Assembly (NCBI GenBank): GCA_041690135.1
Contig: JAWLHY010000003.1
Span: forward strand, 480,001 to 544,000
Source: Armatimonadota bacterium
Lineage (GTDB): Bacteria > Armatimonadota > SYMT01
Length of the DNA: 64,000 nucleotides
Reading direction: 5' to 3'
In this document: piece by piece, positions 19,792 to 29,707 of the stretch
How positions within the stretch are numbered: the first letter of the stretch is position 1
How the letters are laid out: the number at the start of each line of letters is the position of its first letter
Translations under genes and position numbers: made by a program
Notes under the pieces: generated by a model
Databases searched by the model: none
What the model saw: only the letters and a program-made list of their open reading frames with translations
Told to the model about the DNA's origin: nothing

Positions 19792-21600
19792 ATGTCTCGA
19801 CCGGCGAAGGCTCTGGTGCTGCTAGGGATGTTGACGGGAGCAACGATACTGACCGGCTGTGGCGCGGAAGGAGGCGGAGCTCCGGCTGCCAGAGCAGGTG
19901 CGGTTCCGCCGAGCGCTCCCGCTCCGACGGGCTACATGGCGTCCGATGCAACCTCGGCTGCCGGCGCGGAAGCGGCGGTGGCCGGAAAGATGTCGTCGCA
20001 GGCGGTGGCGGCAGTGCCGATGCCCGCGGGCGGAGCGGCCGCGCCCCGTTCCGCGGGTGTTCCGGGTGGGGCGCCTCCGGCCCTGTACAACCCGAACATG
20101 TACGTCTCCAGCAACTACATGGGGGGGTCGGGAGCGAAGGACCGGCTGGAGAAGCTGATTGCGGAGGGGGTGCTGGTCGAGGGGAAGCGCGTCAAACTGG
20201 AAGCGTTCTCGCGCAACTACGCACAGGCGTTCCCGATCCCCATCCGCACCGCCCTGGGCCTGACCGCCGACCCCGAGCGGACGAAGATCGTAGAGACCGG
20301 CGGCCGGACTTACCTCCAGGTCGGGCTGCAGGCGATGAAGGGGGAGGCCGCGCGGCGTCCCGCCCTCAACGTGGCGCTGGTGATCGATACCAGCGGCTCC
20401 ATGCACCAGGAGGGGAAGATGGAGGCCGCGCGGAGAGCCGCGATGCGCCTGGTAGAGGGGCTGGGGCCGGGGGATATCCTCTCCGTCGTCTCATTCGATA
20501 GTGCGGCGAAGGTCGTGGTTCCCGCCCGGAAGGTGGACGATCGGCAGTCTCTCAAGCGCCGGATCGAAGCGCTCCAGCCGGGAGGTGAGACCAACATCTA
20601 CGACGGTCTTCGGCTCGGCTATCAGGAGGCGCGCAAAAACTCCGCACGGGACGGAGTCAGCCTGCTCATCCTGCTCTCCGACGGAGAGGTGACTTCCGGC
20701 GTGTCGGATCCTGCAGCCTTCCAACAGTTGGTGGCCGACCAGGCGGATGCGGAGGTCCAGACCACCTCCGTGGGCCTGGGGATCTCCTATAACGAGGACC
20801 TGATGCTGGCGATCGCCCGCGAGGGAAAGGGCAACTACCACTTCATCAAGGACGCCTCCGACACCGAGAAGGTGTTTCAGAAGGAGCTGGATGAGTTGAC
20901 CCAGGTGGTGGCACGAGCGGTCAAGCTGCGGGTCCGGCTGGCGGACGGCGTGGGTCTGGTACGGGTGCTCGGGTCGCAGGTGCTGGACGCGGCGCAGGCC
21001 CAACAGGTGCGGAAGGAAGAACAGAAGATCGACCGGAAGGTGGCGGAGGAACTGGGCATCACCACCAACCGCAAGCAGGAAGACGAGCCGGGCATCAAGA
21101 TGCTGATCCCGAACTTTTTCCGCGGCGATAGTCACGTGGTGATGCTCGAGATCGAAGTGCCGAAGGGGCGCAACCAGCGGAAAATCGCTGAGGTCTTCCT
21201 GAAGTACAAGGACCTGCCGCACCGGGCGAACCGCGAGGCCCAGGCCACGGTTCGGATGCAGTACACGCCGCACCGGTCCGAGATGATCGCGTCGATCCGG
21301 AAGCCGGTGAAGAAGAACCTGCTCGGGTTTCAGACCGGCGAGGCCTTGACGCAGGCCGCCGCTCTTCTCGAACAGGGACGGACCGCCGATGCCGTGAAGC
21401 TGCTCGATGAGCGGATGGTGGTGCTCGGCGTTGCCGCGCGCGAGTGGGGCGACCGCGACCTGGATCACGACGGCAAGCTCCTGGACCGTTATAAGTCCGT
21501 GGTGGCGCAGTACGGCCGGGATCAGCAGTTGGCCGGGTTGGAACTGGGCGACTACCTGCGCAAGTCGCTCACCTACGCGGGCTACCAGATGACGCGGTGA
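19792..21600 (+). CDS. vWA (MIDAS) domain lipoprotein, YfbK-like
   Basis: Lipobox ILTG-C; MIDAS DTSGS, GETNIYDGL, LLSDG. Confidence 0.85.
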   Translation: MSRPAKALVLLGMLTGATILTGCGAEGGGAPAARAGAVPPSAPAPTGYMASDATSAAGAEAAVAGKMSSQAVAAVPMPAGGAAAPRSAGVPGGAPPALYNPNMYVSSNYMGGSGAKDRLEKLIAEGVLVEGKRVKLEAFSRNYAQAFPIPIRTALGLTADPERTKIVETGGRTYLQVGLQAMKGEAARRPALNVALVIDTSGSMHQEGKMEAARRAAMRLVEGLGPGDILSVVSFDSAAKVVVPARKVDDRQSLKRRIEALQPGGETNIYDGLRLGYQEARKNSARDGVSLLILLSDGEVTSGVSDPAAFQQLVADQADAEVQTTSVGLGISYNEDLMLAIAREGKGNYHFIKDASDTEKVFQKELDELTQVVARAVKLRVRLADGVGLVRVLGSQVLDAAQAQQVRKEEQKIDRKVAEELGITTNRKQEDEPGIKMLIPNFFRGDSHVVMLEIEVPKGRNQRKIAEVFLKYKDLPHRANREAQATVRMQYTPHRSEMIASIRKPVKKNLLGFQTGEALTQAAALLEQGRTADAVKLLDERMVVLGVAAREWGDRDLDHDGKLLDRYKSVVAQYGRDQQLAGLELGDYLRKSLTYAGYQMTR

Positions 21601-21669
21601 GTCGGGATCCGAGTTGCTCGTGCGTAGAGTGAGTGCCGGATCACGCCGGGTGACTCGGACATTTGGGAA

Positions 21670-21944
21670 CGTATTGCGTGATGCGTATTACGTAAGAGAC
21701 GGACATTGGGATAAGCGAGGGCAGGCCGGTTTCAACGGGCGAATGTAGGCGTGATACGGACGCCGCGGCTCCGGACTGCAGACACCGGGAGAGCCGGAAG
21801 CGCGTGATCTTCGAATAGGTTCACAGGAACCCATCGGCGCGGAGTGCTTACGCATTACGTATCACGCAGCAGCCCGAGGTAAATTCTCTGCTACGGTACC
21901 TACCTCGCACGTGGGCTTACGCATCACGTTTTGCGCATCACGCG
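21670..21944. repeat. Inverted 7-bp repeat arms (TGCGTAw family)
   Basis: cgtattgcgtgatgcgtattacgtaag (21670-21696) versus cttacgcattacgtatcacgca (21847-21868), plus a third arm at 21916-21944. Confidence 0.8.
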
Positions 21945-21959
21945 CCCAGGGGGTGAGCG

Positions 21960-22994
21960 TTGCCACAGAAGGAATTGGCGGCATATAGGTTGCCCTTGAA
22001 CGGTGACACCGTGCTGACCCCACCCCTCGGGGAGGCGGGGCCGGCGGAGATCGTGGTGGAAGGCGAATTGCACTTCGGCTACGCCGGCTTCCGCTTCGAC
22101 GCCCTGTACCGCGCGGCGCCCAACGGCCGCTACACTCAATCGCACGCTTATCTGCGTTGGAGCCCGCAGGCCCCGGTTCTAATCTCGGAAGATGTGGGAC
22201 GGCATCGGTACGTGTTCCGACTTCCTCCGGAGCTGGCCCGGAGCGGCCAGTCCCTGGGCCTCCGCCTGGACGTGGATCGCCTGGTAACCGAACACCTCAT
22301 CACCCCCTCGGAAGTTCGGCAGTCCTTATCCGGCGACATGCGGGTGCGCGTTCTGCAAGCAGCAGTTCCGCCTCCTTGGGGGCTGCTTATCGGAGGCGCC
22401 GCAGTACCCGCATTGCTGGCGGCCGGCGGAGTTGGGTTCATCGTCCGGCGTCGCATGGAGTTCCGAGGGCTGGATCCCGATCTTCATGCCCAGTTGGAGC
22501 GGATCGAGCAACGGTACGCAAGGGCCGCAAGGGCCGCCCGCGCGGGTGCGGATCGCCTGCTGCCTCTCCAGGGGCGGCTCCGGGGCCTCCGGCAGAGCGC
22601 CATAGGGCTGGCGCGCGAGGCTCAACAACTTCGCACGTCCCGACGGCATCTCGATGGGGTAGGCCTGGAGCGCGAGATCCTCCACCTGCAGGAAATATTG
22701 GGATCGGTTCAGGATCCCGTGGCGCGCCGGGATGGTGAAGCGGCGGTGGCCGAGAAGCGGAAGTCATTCCTGCTGCTGGGGGAACTGGAGGCCGTTGAGG
22801 CCCGGTGCGTGATGCGCCTGGCGAAAATTGAAGCGGTCCTCGATTCGGCGGCGCTCTCCCTCCGGGGCAGCCAGGGCCAGGTGGTCGCCGCTACTTCCGC
22901 CCGGGACGACGATGCGCTCTGTCGCACCCTGGATGCGGAAGTCGCGGCGATCCAGGAAGTCCAGCAGGAGTTGGCCCGCTGTACTCGTGCCTGA
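21960..22994 (+). CDS. Hypothetical single-TM protein with C-terminal coiled coil
   Basis: 344-aa ORF with TTG start; hydrophobic segment WGLLIGGAAVPALLAAGGVGFIV followed by an Ala/Glu/Arg-rich helical region. Confidence 0.65.
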   Translation: MPQKELAAYRLPLNGDTVLTPPLGEAGPAEIVVEGELHFGYAGFRFDALYRAAPNGRYTQSHAYLRWSPQAPVLISEDVGRHRYVFRLPPELARSGQSLGLRLDVDRLVTEHLITPSEVRQSLSGDMRVRVLQAAVPPPWGLLIGGAAVPALLAAGGVGFIVRRRMEFRGLDPDLHAQLERIEQRYARAARAARAGADRLLPLQGRLRGLRQSAIGLAREAQQLRTSRRHLDGVGLEREILHLQEILGSVQDPVARRDGEAAVAEKRKSFLLLGELEAVEARCVMRLAKIEAVLDSAALSLRGSQGQVVAATSARDDDALCRTLDAEVAAIQEVQQELARCTRA

Positions 22995-23205
22995 GGCAAC
23001 GGCGAGTGTACGGCGAGCAGGGAGATCACTATTGCGGGCTTCTAGGGGTGATGTTGAAGCTACAGGAAAGTAGCCCGGCAATCTTTCAAACGTGACAGCC
23101 CGCACGCACCAAGACGGAACCGGGTCTGCCGACGACTATATTACAGAAGGATTCCCCACGACATCGCCTGCTCGGAACCACGAGCTGACCGCAATGGAGA
23201 ACTCA

Positions 23206-23967
23206 ATGGCGAGAAATTGGCTGACTCATCGACCCGCACTGCTTCCCCTCCTCGGCCTCGCCGGCGTGCTGGGCACCTCGGCGGCAGCGCCGGCGCAGCC
23301 GGGGAAATCCCTGGCGGACTACGCGCAAACCTCCCTCCGTGATCTGACGGCCGACGTCGACGTGATCTCCAAGAACAATGGTGAGCTGAAGAAGATCGGC
23401 AAGGGGTACGTGGACGGTTACAGCCTCTCCAGCCAGGAGATCTGGTGGTCGGTTCCGGACCGCGTCCGCTTCCAGGGCAAGAAAGGACTCATGACCGTCC
23501 GCAGGATCACCAACGGCGACCGGATGTTGCTGGAAGTGCCCCCCCTGCACCGGAAAGTGAGCGATCTTTCCAAGAAGCCGGGCAAAGGGGATAGCATATC
23601 CGACATCGGCATCATCACCGCCGACTGGGCCAAGGACGTCGGAAGCCGCTGGCTCCGGTCCGAGACCCGCAATGGGAAGACGGTGCAGGTGTTCGAGTAC
23701 TGGGAACGGCTCGACCCGCGCTACAAGCACACGATCGTGGTCGATCCGCAGTCCAAGACCATGCTGGAGCGGATCGACCATCACCGTAATAAAAAGGCGG
23801 TCGGCTTCCGCAAGCGCTTCGTCTACTCCGAGATCGTCAACATCAGCGGAATCAACATGCCCTCGCGGGTCGAGTTGTACAACGGAGAGAACCGCCTGGG
23901 GGCCGTCATGAAATACGAGAAGGTTCGCGTGAACACGAACCTCTCGGACAAGCTCTTCAAGATCTGA
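23206..23967 (+). CDS. LolA-like / outer-membrane lipoprotein-sorting family protein
   Basis: Signal peptide; C-terminal YEKVRVNTNLSDKLFK typical of the LolA-like fold; RBS ggaga before ATG 23206. Confidence 0.7.
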   Translation: MARNWLTHRPALLPLLGLAGVLGTSAAAPAQPGKSLADYAQTSLRDLTADVDVISKNNGELKKIGKGYVDGYSLSSQEIWWSVPDRVRFQGKKGLMTVRRITNGDRMLLEVPPLHRKVSDLSKKPGKGDSISDIGIITADWAKDVGSRWLRSETRNGKTVQVFEYWERLDPRYKHTIVVDPQSKTMLERIDHHRNKKAVGFRKRFVYSEIVNISGINMPSRVELYNGENRLGAVMKYEKVRVNTNLSDKLFKI

Positions 23968-24886
23968 TGGGGTTCGTCTTCGCCATATCTTGAGCCAGCA
24001 GTTCGGAGCCCTCCGTCGTGAGCAGGTCCACGAAGGCACGCTGCGGCCGCGAGAGCGTTTTGCCCTTGCGGTGGATGATCGCCAGCGGCCGGCGGATCAC
24101 GCAATCCGACACGTTCAGCACGCGGAGGGCTCCGCTGCGGGCTTCTTCCCGCACCGAAAGCTGCGGCACCAGCGAGACGCCAAGACCCACCTCTACCATC
24201 TTCTTCAGGATCTCGATGTTGTCGCACTGCATCCGCACCTCCACCTTGACTTCTTGCTGATTGAAGAGGGTGTCGATGGCCTTCCGGGTGGGAATCTCCG
24301 GCTGGAACGCCACGAACGGGTAGCCATGTAGGTCCCGGAGCCGAATGGTCTCCCGTGCCGCCAGCGGATGTTCGTGGTTGCAGATCGCCACCAATTCATC
24401 CTCCACGAAGGGTAGGGTAACGACCCGGCCGCGGTCCTCCGGATAGGCGACCAGCCCGATGTCGGCATGCCCATCGATCACGGAGTGGTAGACCTGATCG
24501 GAGAGCTGGTACTCGATGTGGATATTCACCTCCGGATACCGGCGGATGAATTCCTTGAGGGAAGCCGGCAGCTCATAAAGCCCCACGCTATGCACGGTTG
24601 CGAGCCGGATCGTTCCCAGGACCTTGTCCTGACGCTCCAGCAGCACCGACTTGGCTTCCTGGGCCTTCCCCAGGATGTCCACAGCGTAATCGTAAAGAAT
24701 CTTCCCCTCTTCCGTTACGAGCACCCGGCGGGTGGTCCGCTCCACCAGCTTGGTTCCCAGTTCGTCTTCCAGCTTTTGGATGCTCAGGCTAACGGCGGGC
24801 TGGGTGATGAAGTGCCTTTCGGCGACCTTGGTGAAACTTTGCTCGCGCACGAGGTCCACGAAGAGGCGTAACTGATCAAACTCCAT
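23957..24886 (-). CDS. LysR family transcriptional regulator
   Basis: MEFDQLRLFVDLVREQSFTKVAERHFITQPAVSLSIQKLEDELG HTH followed by a substrate-binding domain. Confidence 0.93.
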   Translation of the reverse strand: MEFDQLRLFVDLVREQSFTKVAERHFITQPAVSLSIQKLEDELGTKLVERTTRRVLVTEEGKILYDYAVDILGKAQEAKSVLLERQDKVLGTIRLATVHSVGLYELPASLKEFIRRYPEVNIHIEYQLSDQVYHSVIDGHADIGLVAYPEDRGRVVTLPFVEDELVAICNHEHPLAARETIRLRDLHGYPFVAFQPEIPTRKAIDTLFNQQEVKVEVRMQCDNIEILKKMVEVGLGVSLVPQLSVREEARSGALRVLNVSDCVIRRPLAIIHRKGKTLSRPQRAFVDLLTTEGSELLAQDMAKTNPIRS

Positions 24887-25327
24887 GGTGTTCCTTGCCG
24901 TCCCGACCCCCGGGACCTCTGGACGGGCACGGGACCTTCCGGCACTCATTCGCCCGCGTAATTAATTCCCGCCCATTGAATACTCCTGTTTATTATAGGC
25001 ACGGGCGTCGCTTGCGCCAACGGTTCGCCGAGTGGGTCGCAAGGACCGAACCCGTTCGGTCGTGGAAAACGGCTCCTACTCCTGAAGGAAGGCGAACGAC
25101 CGAGACCTACTCCTACGGCGGAATGAAGAATCCCTCATTCGAGCTATTGGGGCCCGGCAGGGAAGGAACCATCATTATTGCGGCAACGGCCAAGCAACAA
25201 TCAGTCCGGTTCCACCAGCCAGAGCCAGCACTCGGACCGGCAGCCCGTTCTCGGACGGCAGGTCCCTTACTTTGAGCATCCAACTTTCGCCCTTCGGCGT
25301 TCACTAATCTCCAGAGGAGTACTCGCA

Positions 25328-25684
25328 ATGAAGAACATGGGTAAGAAGCTCCGCCACGGCTTTACGCTCGTGGAAATCATGATCGTGGTGCTGATCATCG
25401 GCATCCTGCTCGCCATCGCCGTTCCGAACTTCATCAAGGCCCGCGAGAGCTCCCGCACCAAGAGCTGCGTCGCCAACCTGAAGCAGATCGACAGCGCCAA
25501 AGAGCAGTGGGCGATGGACAACAAGAAAGTCGCGGGCGACAGCGCGGGCTTCTCCGACCTGGTCGGCACGGACAAGTACATCAAGAGCACGCCCGAGTGC
25601 CCCAGCAGCGGCACCTACACCATCGCCGGCGTGGGCACTAACCCGTCCTGCTCCAAGAGCACCGACGGCCACGAACTGCCTTAA
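25328..25684 (+). CDS. Type IV pilin / prepilin-type N-terminal cleavage-methylation protein
   Basis: Basic leader then G|FTLVEIMIVVLIIGILLAIAVPNF; RBS agaggag; C-terminal cysteines. Confidence 0.9.
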   Translation: MKNMGKKLRHGFTLVEIMIVVLIIGILLAIAVPNFIKARESSRTKSCVANLKQIDSAKEQWAMDNKKVAGDSAGFSDLVGTDKYIKSTPECPSSGTYTIAGVGTNPSCSKSTDGHELP

Positions 25685-25713
25685 TCCAGGGCAGCTTGAC
25701 CACCGTTTTTCGG

Positions 25714-25747
25714 GCGGGCGCGGAAACCTCACGGTTTCCGCGCCCGC
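25714..25747 (+). terminator. Strong hairpin after the pilin gene
   Basis: GCGGGCGCGGAAACC-tcac-GGTTTCCGCGCCCGC, perfect 15-bp stem; weak U-tract. Confidence 0.65.
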
Positions 25748-25767
25748 ATTGGCGTACAGCTGTGGGA

Positions 25768-25802
25768 AAGTGCGAGGGGCGAAGTTCGAAATGCGAGGTG
25801 GG
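25768..25802. repeat. 7-bp degenerate tandem tract
   Basis: AAGTGCG AGGGGCG AAGTTCG AAATGCG AGGTGGG. Confidence 0.6.
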
Positions 25803-25966
25803 GAAACCACGGTGTAATGCATGATGTACTAGAAACGCGTGGTGGCTGGGTGTGAAGGCAAGCCGGCGAGCGGCAGGCTCTTGCGGGATTGGTACTGCGT
25901 CGCGGGAACCACGCAAGCGGGTATCCTGAGGGCAATGATCCCAAAGAGGCGGGAAGGAGGATCGCC

Positions 25967-26914
25967 ATGCATGCCACGACCGAGAAGTCTCCGGTAACGC
26001 GCCGCGTCTGGAGAGAACTGGAAGACACCCTGGCAACCGAAAACCCGGTGAAGCCATTGCGAATCCTGTTTGCCACGGATGGTTCCGAACACGCGCAGGC
26101 GGCTCGGGAGTTCCTGAAAGCGCTGCCGCTGGCGCCGGGGAGCGCCATCGAGTTCACGACCGTCATCACCCGTGATAGCTGGGAGCGGCCCGAGTGGCTG
26201 CGCGAGGCACTGAAGGAGTGGGCACTCCGGATTGAGGAGACGGCAACCCACGAGCTACCCTGGCCGGGAGTGGGTCTCTACACGACAACGCGCGAGGGCC
26301 GGGAGGCCGAGGAGATCCTGGAGGCCGCCGATGAGTTCGACGCCGACCTCATAGTGGTAGGCTCGCGCGGTCTGACCGGCCTCGATGCATTCCTGATCGG
26401 GAGTGTGGCCCGCAACGTTGTGAAACACGCCGTGACGCCGGTCCTCATCGGTAGAGCTCCGATTCAGGGACTGTCCGAGGTGGTACTCGCCGTGGACGAA
26501 TCGCCGCATGCGGCGGAAGCCACCGAGTTCCTAGCCCGGTTTCCATTGCCAAAGGACAGCCGCATTACCGTGGTGCACGTGATCCGCACGACCCACCCGG
26601 CGGTGGGTCTGATGGCGATTGACACCGCGGAGATCTACGAGGCGCTCCAGGAAGCGGAAGAAGAAGAGAAGGAACGTGGCCGGCTGTTGGCGGAGGGCGC
26701 CCGTGCCCGCCTGGAAGCCGCCGGGAAAAACGCTGTTGTCGAAGTGCGGGTGGGGGATCCTGCCGGTCAGATCCTGGCAATCACCACGGAACGGAACGCC
26801 GACCTCATCGTGGCGGGCGCTCGAGGAACCTCCTTAATCGAGAACCTGATCACCGGCAGCGTGGCGGACCGGCTCATAAAGACCGCCCCATGCTCGGTAC
26901 TCATCACCCGCTAG
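25967..26914 (+). CDS. Universal stress protein (tandem USP domains)
   Basis: ILFATDGSEHA, DLIVVGSRG...IGSVARNVV; second DLIVAGARG...GSVADRL; RBS aaggagg. Confidence 0.92.
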   Translation: MHATTEKSPVTRRVWRELEDTLATENPVKPLRILFATDGSEHAQAAREFLKALPLAPGSAIEFTTVITRDSWERPEWLREALKEWALRIEETATHELPWPGVGLYTTTREGREAEEILEAADEFDADLIVVGSRGLTGLDAFLIGSVARNVVKHAVTPVLIGRAPIQGLSEVVLAVDESPHAAEATEFLARFPLPKDSRITVVHVIRTTHPAVGLMAIDTAEIYEALQEAEEEEKERGRLLAEGARARLEAAGKNAVVEVRVGDPAGQILAITTERNADLIVAGARGTSLIENLITGSVADRLIKTAPCSVLITR

Positions 26915-26947
26915 CTAATTTGGCCCTGATTGGTACCGTTCGGCAGA

Positions 26948-27023
26948 GGGAATGGGAGAATGGCGAAACGGGGAGGCGAGAGCCATTCTCCCATCCCCCC
27001 ATTCCCTCCCCATCCTCCACTCC
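26948..27023. repeat. Inverted 8-bp repeat arms forming a hairpin
   Basis: atgggagaatggc (26952-26964) pairs with gccattctcccat (26982-26994); extra CCCCATyC units follow. Confidence 0.7.
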
Positions 27024-27101
27024 GGTTAGTGGATACAAGCGGCGGGTATAGTAATCGGGCGGTCTGACGACTGCTACTCACCCTGTGGAGGAGGACCTCT
27101 C

Positions 27102-28268
27102 GTGCCGAGGCAAGACCCCCCGGACGATGCGCTCCAGGCGGATCTCGAACGAACGGCGGAGCGCATCGTCCGGCTCAAGCCCGAGATCATCGAGCGCTGG
27201 AAAGAGCAGGTCCGGTCCGAAGTGCCCGGGGCGCAACCTCAACCGGATCCCCTGCTGATCAACAACCTTCCCGTGTTCCTTGATGATCTGGTCGAGGCGC
27301 TCCGGTTCGGAGGGGGAAATGCATGTACCGTTTCCGAAGCATGTCAGGCCCATGCCCGGGAGCGGGCTAGCCTCGCGGACTACTCCCTGGAGGAGGTGAT
27401 CCGGGAGTATCACCTGCTGCGAGGGGTTCTTCTCGAACTGCTGGAACCTGATCAACCGAGTCTGAAGGCCCGGATGATCATCCACGAGAGTATCGACCGG
27501 GGTATCCAGGAGGCGGCGGAACAATTCATGAACTCTCGCCAGCAGTCTCTCCTGGAGGCGGATCGACGCAAGAACGAGTTCATGGCCACCCTGGCGCACG
27601 AACTGCGGACCCCCCTGGGGGCTATCCGCAATGCGCTGTACGTCCTGGAACAACTGGGGATCGAGGATGAGCGCGCCCTGCGGCAGTTGACACTCGCCAA
27701 CCGGCAAAGCCGGAACCTGGCGCGCCTTGTTGACGACCTGCTCGACGTGTCGCGCGTGGTACGGGGTAAGCTAGAGCTTCGCCGGGAAGTGATCGACCTC
27801 GTGGCCGTGGCGGAAGGAGTCATCCAGACACTCCGGCCGTTGGTGGAGGCCAGTCGCCTGCACTTGCATGTGAGCCTTTCCCAGGAACCGCTCTGCGTAG
27901 AGGCCGATCCCGTGCGTCTGGAGCAAGTCATCTCGAACCTGCTGAACAACTCCGTGCGGTACACGCCGGAAGGCGGGGAGATCTGGGTGAGCCTGGAGCG
28001 TTCATCAGAGCGCTCGGGAGCGGCTTCGAAAGCCGTGCTACAGGTTCGCGATACGGGAATGGGGATCCATCCGGATCTTCTCCCAAAGATCTTCGATCTC
28101 TACATGCAGGCGCACTCGGGCTCAACCCGCTCCCGAGAAGGGTTGGGGATCGGCCTGACGCTGGTCCGGCGCCTGGTGGAGATTCACGGCGGCAGCGTGG
28201 CAGCCGAGAGCGCCGGGCCGGGTCAGGGCAGCCGGTTCACCGTGCGGCTGCCCCTGGTTTCAACCTAG
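27102..28268 (+). CDS. Cytoplasmic sensor histidine kinase (orphan)
   Basis: H-box LAHELRTPL, N-box NLLNNS, G boxes DTGMG and GLGIGL; helical N-terminal domain with no TM segment. Confidence 0.92.
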   Translation: MPRQDPPDDALQADLERTAERIVRLKPEIIERWKEQVRSEVPGAQPQPDPLLINNLPVFLDDLVEALRFGGGNACTVSEACQAHARERASLADYSLEEVIREYHLLRGVLLELLEPDQPSLKARMIIHESIDRGIQEAAEQFMNSRQQSLLEADRRKNEFMATLAHELRTPLGAIRNALYVLEQLGIEDERALRQLTLANRQSRNLARLVDDLLDVSRVVRGKLELRREVIDLVAVAEGVIQTLRPLVEASRLHLHVSLSQEPLCVEADPVRLEQVISNLLNNSVRYTPEGGEIWVSLERSSERSGAASKAVLQVRDTGMGIHPDLLPKIFDLYMQAHSGSTRSREGLGIGLTLVRRLVEIHGGSVAAESAGPGQGSRFTVRLPLVST

Positions 28269-29707
28269 GCAGCCTTTCGTTTGCACTCGTCAGTTTTGCC
28301 TCGATTTGGCTTCTGGTCGGGTTGGACGGTTTCGTAGCCGGCGGCCTTCCAGGCTTTCATGCTGCCGGGGATGTTGAATACCTCGCGGAACCCGTGCTGC
28401 TGGAGCAGGCTGGCGGCGATGCTGGCGCGGTAACCGCTGCCGCAGTAGGTGGCTACCGGCTTCCGGCGATCCAGTTCGCCGAGGTGCTCCGGCAGGTGCG
28501 GCGCGAAGAAGTGGCGGGCCGTGGGGATATGACCCTGCTTCCACTCGTCCGGTCGACGTACGTCCAGCAGTTGCAGGTCGTTCCGCCCCGCATCCAGGCG
28601 TTGCTTGAGGGTGTGCACGCTTAACTGTCCGGTGGTCTCGAAGGGGAGACCCGCTTCGATCCATCCGCGCATTCCCTTCCGTAGGAAGCCGCCGACCTTC
28701 TCGATGCCGATCCGCAGCAGGTGGCGCTGCACCCGGTCGAGTTCGCTTTCGTCGTGCAGCACGAGCAGGATCCGCTGGTCGGGGCCGAGCATCCAGCCGG
28801 ACCAGATCGGAAATTCGTCGCGGAGGGCGATGTTCAGCGCGCCGGGCACGTGGGCCCCACCGAACGCCTCGATCTCGCGGACATCGAGCACCAAAGTTCC
28901 TTCCGCATCCTTCTCTTCGCGGAGCCGGGATGCATCCATCGGCCGGACCGCGGGAAAACATCCCAGCACCGGGGGGCCCTCCGCATTGACCCGCTTCATC
29001 CGTGAATAGTAGACAGGGGGCTCCGGCAGCGAGGCCATGACGACGCGTACGAACTCGTCTTCCGACGAGACTTGAAGCTTGGGGTTGTGAAGGCGCTCGT
29101 AACCGACGGTGCTCGTTTTCCGGTCCCCGATGCTTCCGCCGCACGGCGATCCTTCTCCATGCGCGGGGTAGATCTCGACCTCGTCGCCCAGCGGGAGCAA
29201 CACGTCGTGCAGCGTGTGGAAGAGCTGCCGGGCGAGTCGCTCTTCGGTGCCGCCTCCGAGCAGGTCCGGCCGGCCCACTTCCCCAGCGAACAGCGTGTCG
29301 CCGGTGAACAACCCCCAGGGATCCTGGGAGCCTTTCCCGCCGCTAACCAGCCAGCAGACGTGTTCCGGCGTGTGACCCGGGGTGTGGTAGGTTTGCAGGC
29401 GGAGGCTGCCGATCTGGATTTTGTCCCCCTCACGCAGCGGCTGGTGCTCGAAAGCATAGTCCGGCGATTCTCCGGCGTAGATCGGCGCGCCGGTCTGGAC
29501 GGCGAGCTCCCGGCTGCCGGAGACGAAGTCCGCGTGGATGTGTGTTTCCAGGATGTGCGTGATCCGCGCGTGGTTCTTCCTGGCGATCTCCAGGTAGACG
29601 CCGATGTCGCGCCGGGGATCGATGACCGCGCAGACGCCTTCGGTCTCGTCGCCCAGCACATAGGAGAGATGCGCCAGGCCCTCGCTTTCCACGGTTTCCA
29701 GAATCAT
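28265..29707 (-). CDS. MBL-fold hydrolase fused to two rhodanese domains (persulfide dioxygenase/sulfurtransferase-like)
   Basis: ETHIHADFVSG, TPGHTPEH, FTGDTLF, PAHG; rhodanese LDVR...HIP and active-site YCGSGYR. Confidence 0.9.
   Translation of the reverse strand: MILETVESEGLAHLSYVLGDETEGVCAVIDPRRDIGVYLEIARKNHARITHILETHIHADFVSGSRELAVQTGAPIYAGESPDYAFEHQPLREGDKIQIGSLRLQTYHTPGHTPEHVCWLVSGGKGSQDPWGLFTGDTLFAGEVGRPDLLGGGTEERLARQLFHTLHDVLLPLGDEVEIYPAHGEGSPCGGSIGDRKTSTVGYERLHNPKLQVSSEDEFVRVVMASLPEPPVYYSRMKRVNAEGPPVLGCFPAVRPMDASRLREEKDAEGTLVLDVREIEAFGGAHVPGALNIALRDEFPIWSGWMLGPDQRILLVLHDESELDRVQRHLLRIGIEKVGGFLRKGMRGWIEAGLPFETTGQLSVHTLKQRLDAGRNDLQLLDVRRPDEWKQGHIPTARHFFAPHLPEHLGELDRRKPVATYCGSGYRASIAASLLQQHGFREVFNIPGSMKAWKAAGYETVQPDQKPNRGKTDECKRKAA

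Noticed and set aside
24950-25327. c-di-GMP or other riboswitch upstream of the pilin
   Set aside because: Small hairpins are present (e.g. GACCGAAC-cc-GTTCGGTC) but I could not match any riboswitch consensus; needs an Rfam search.
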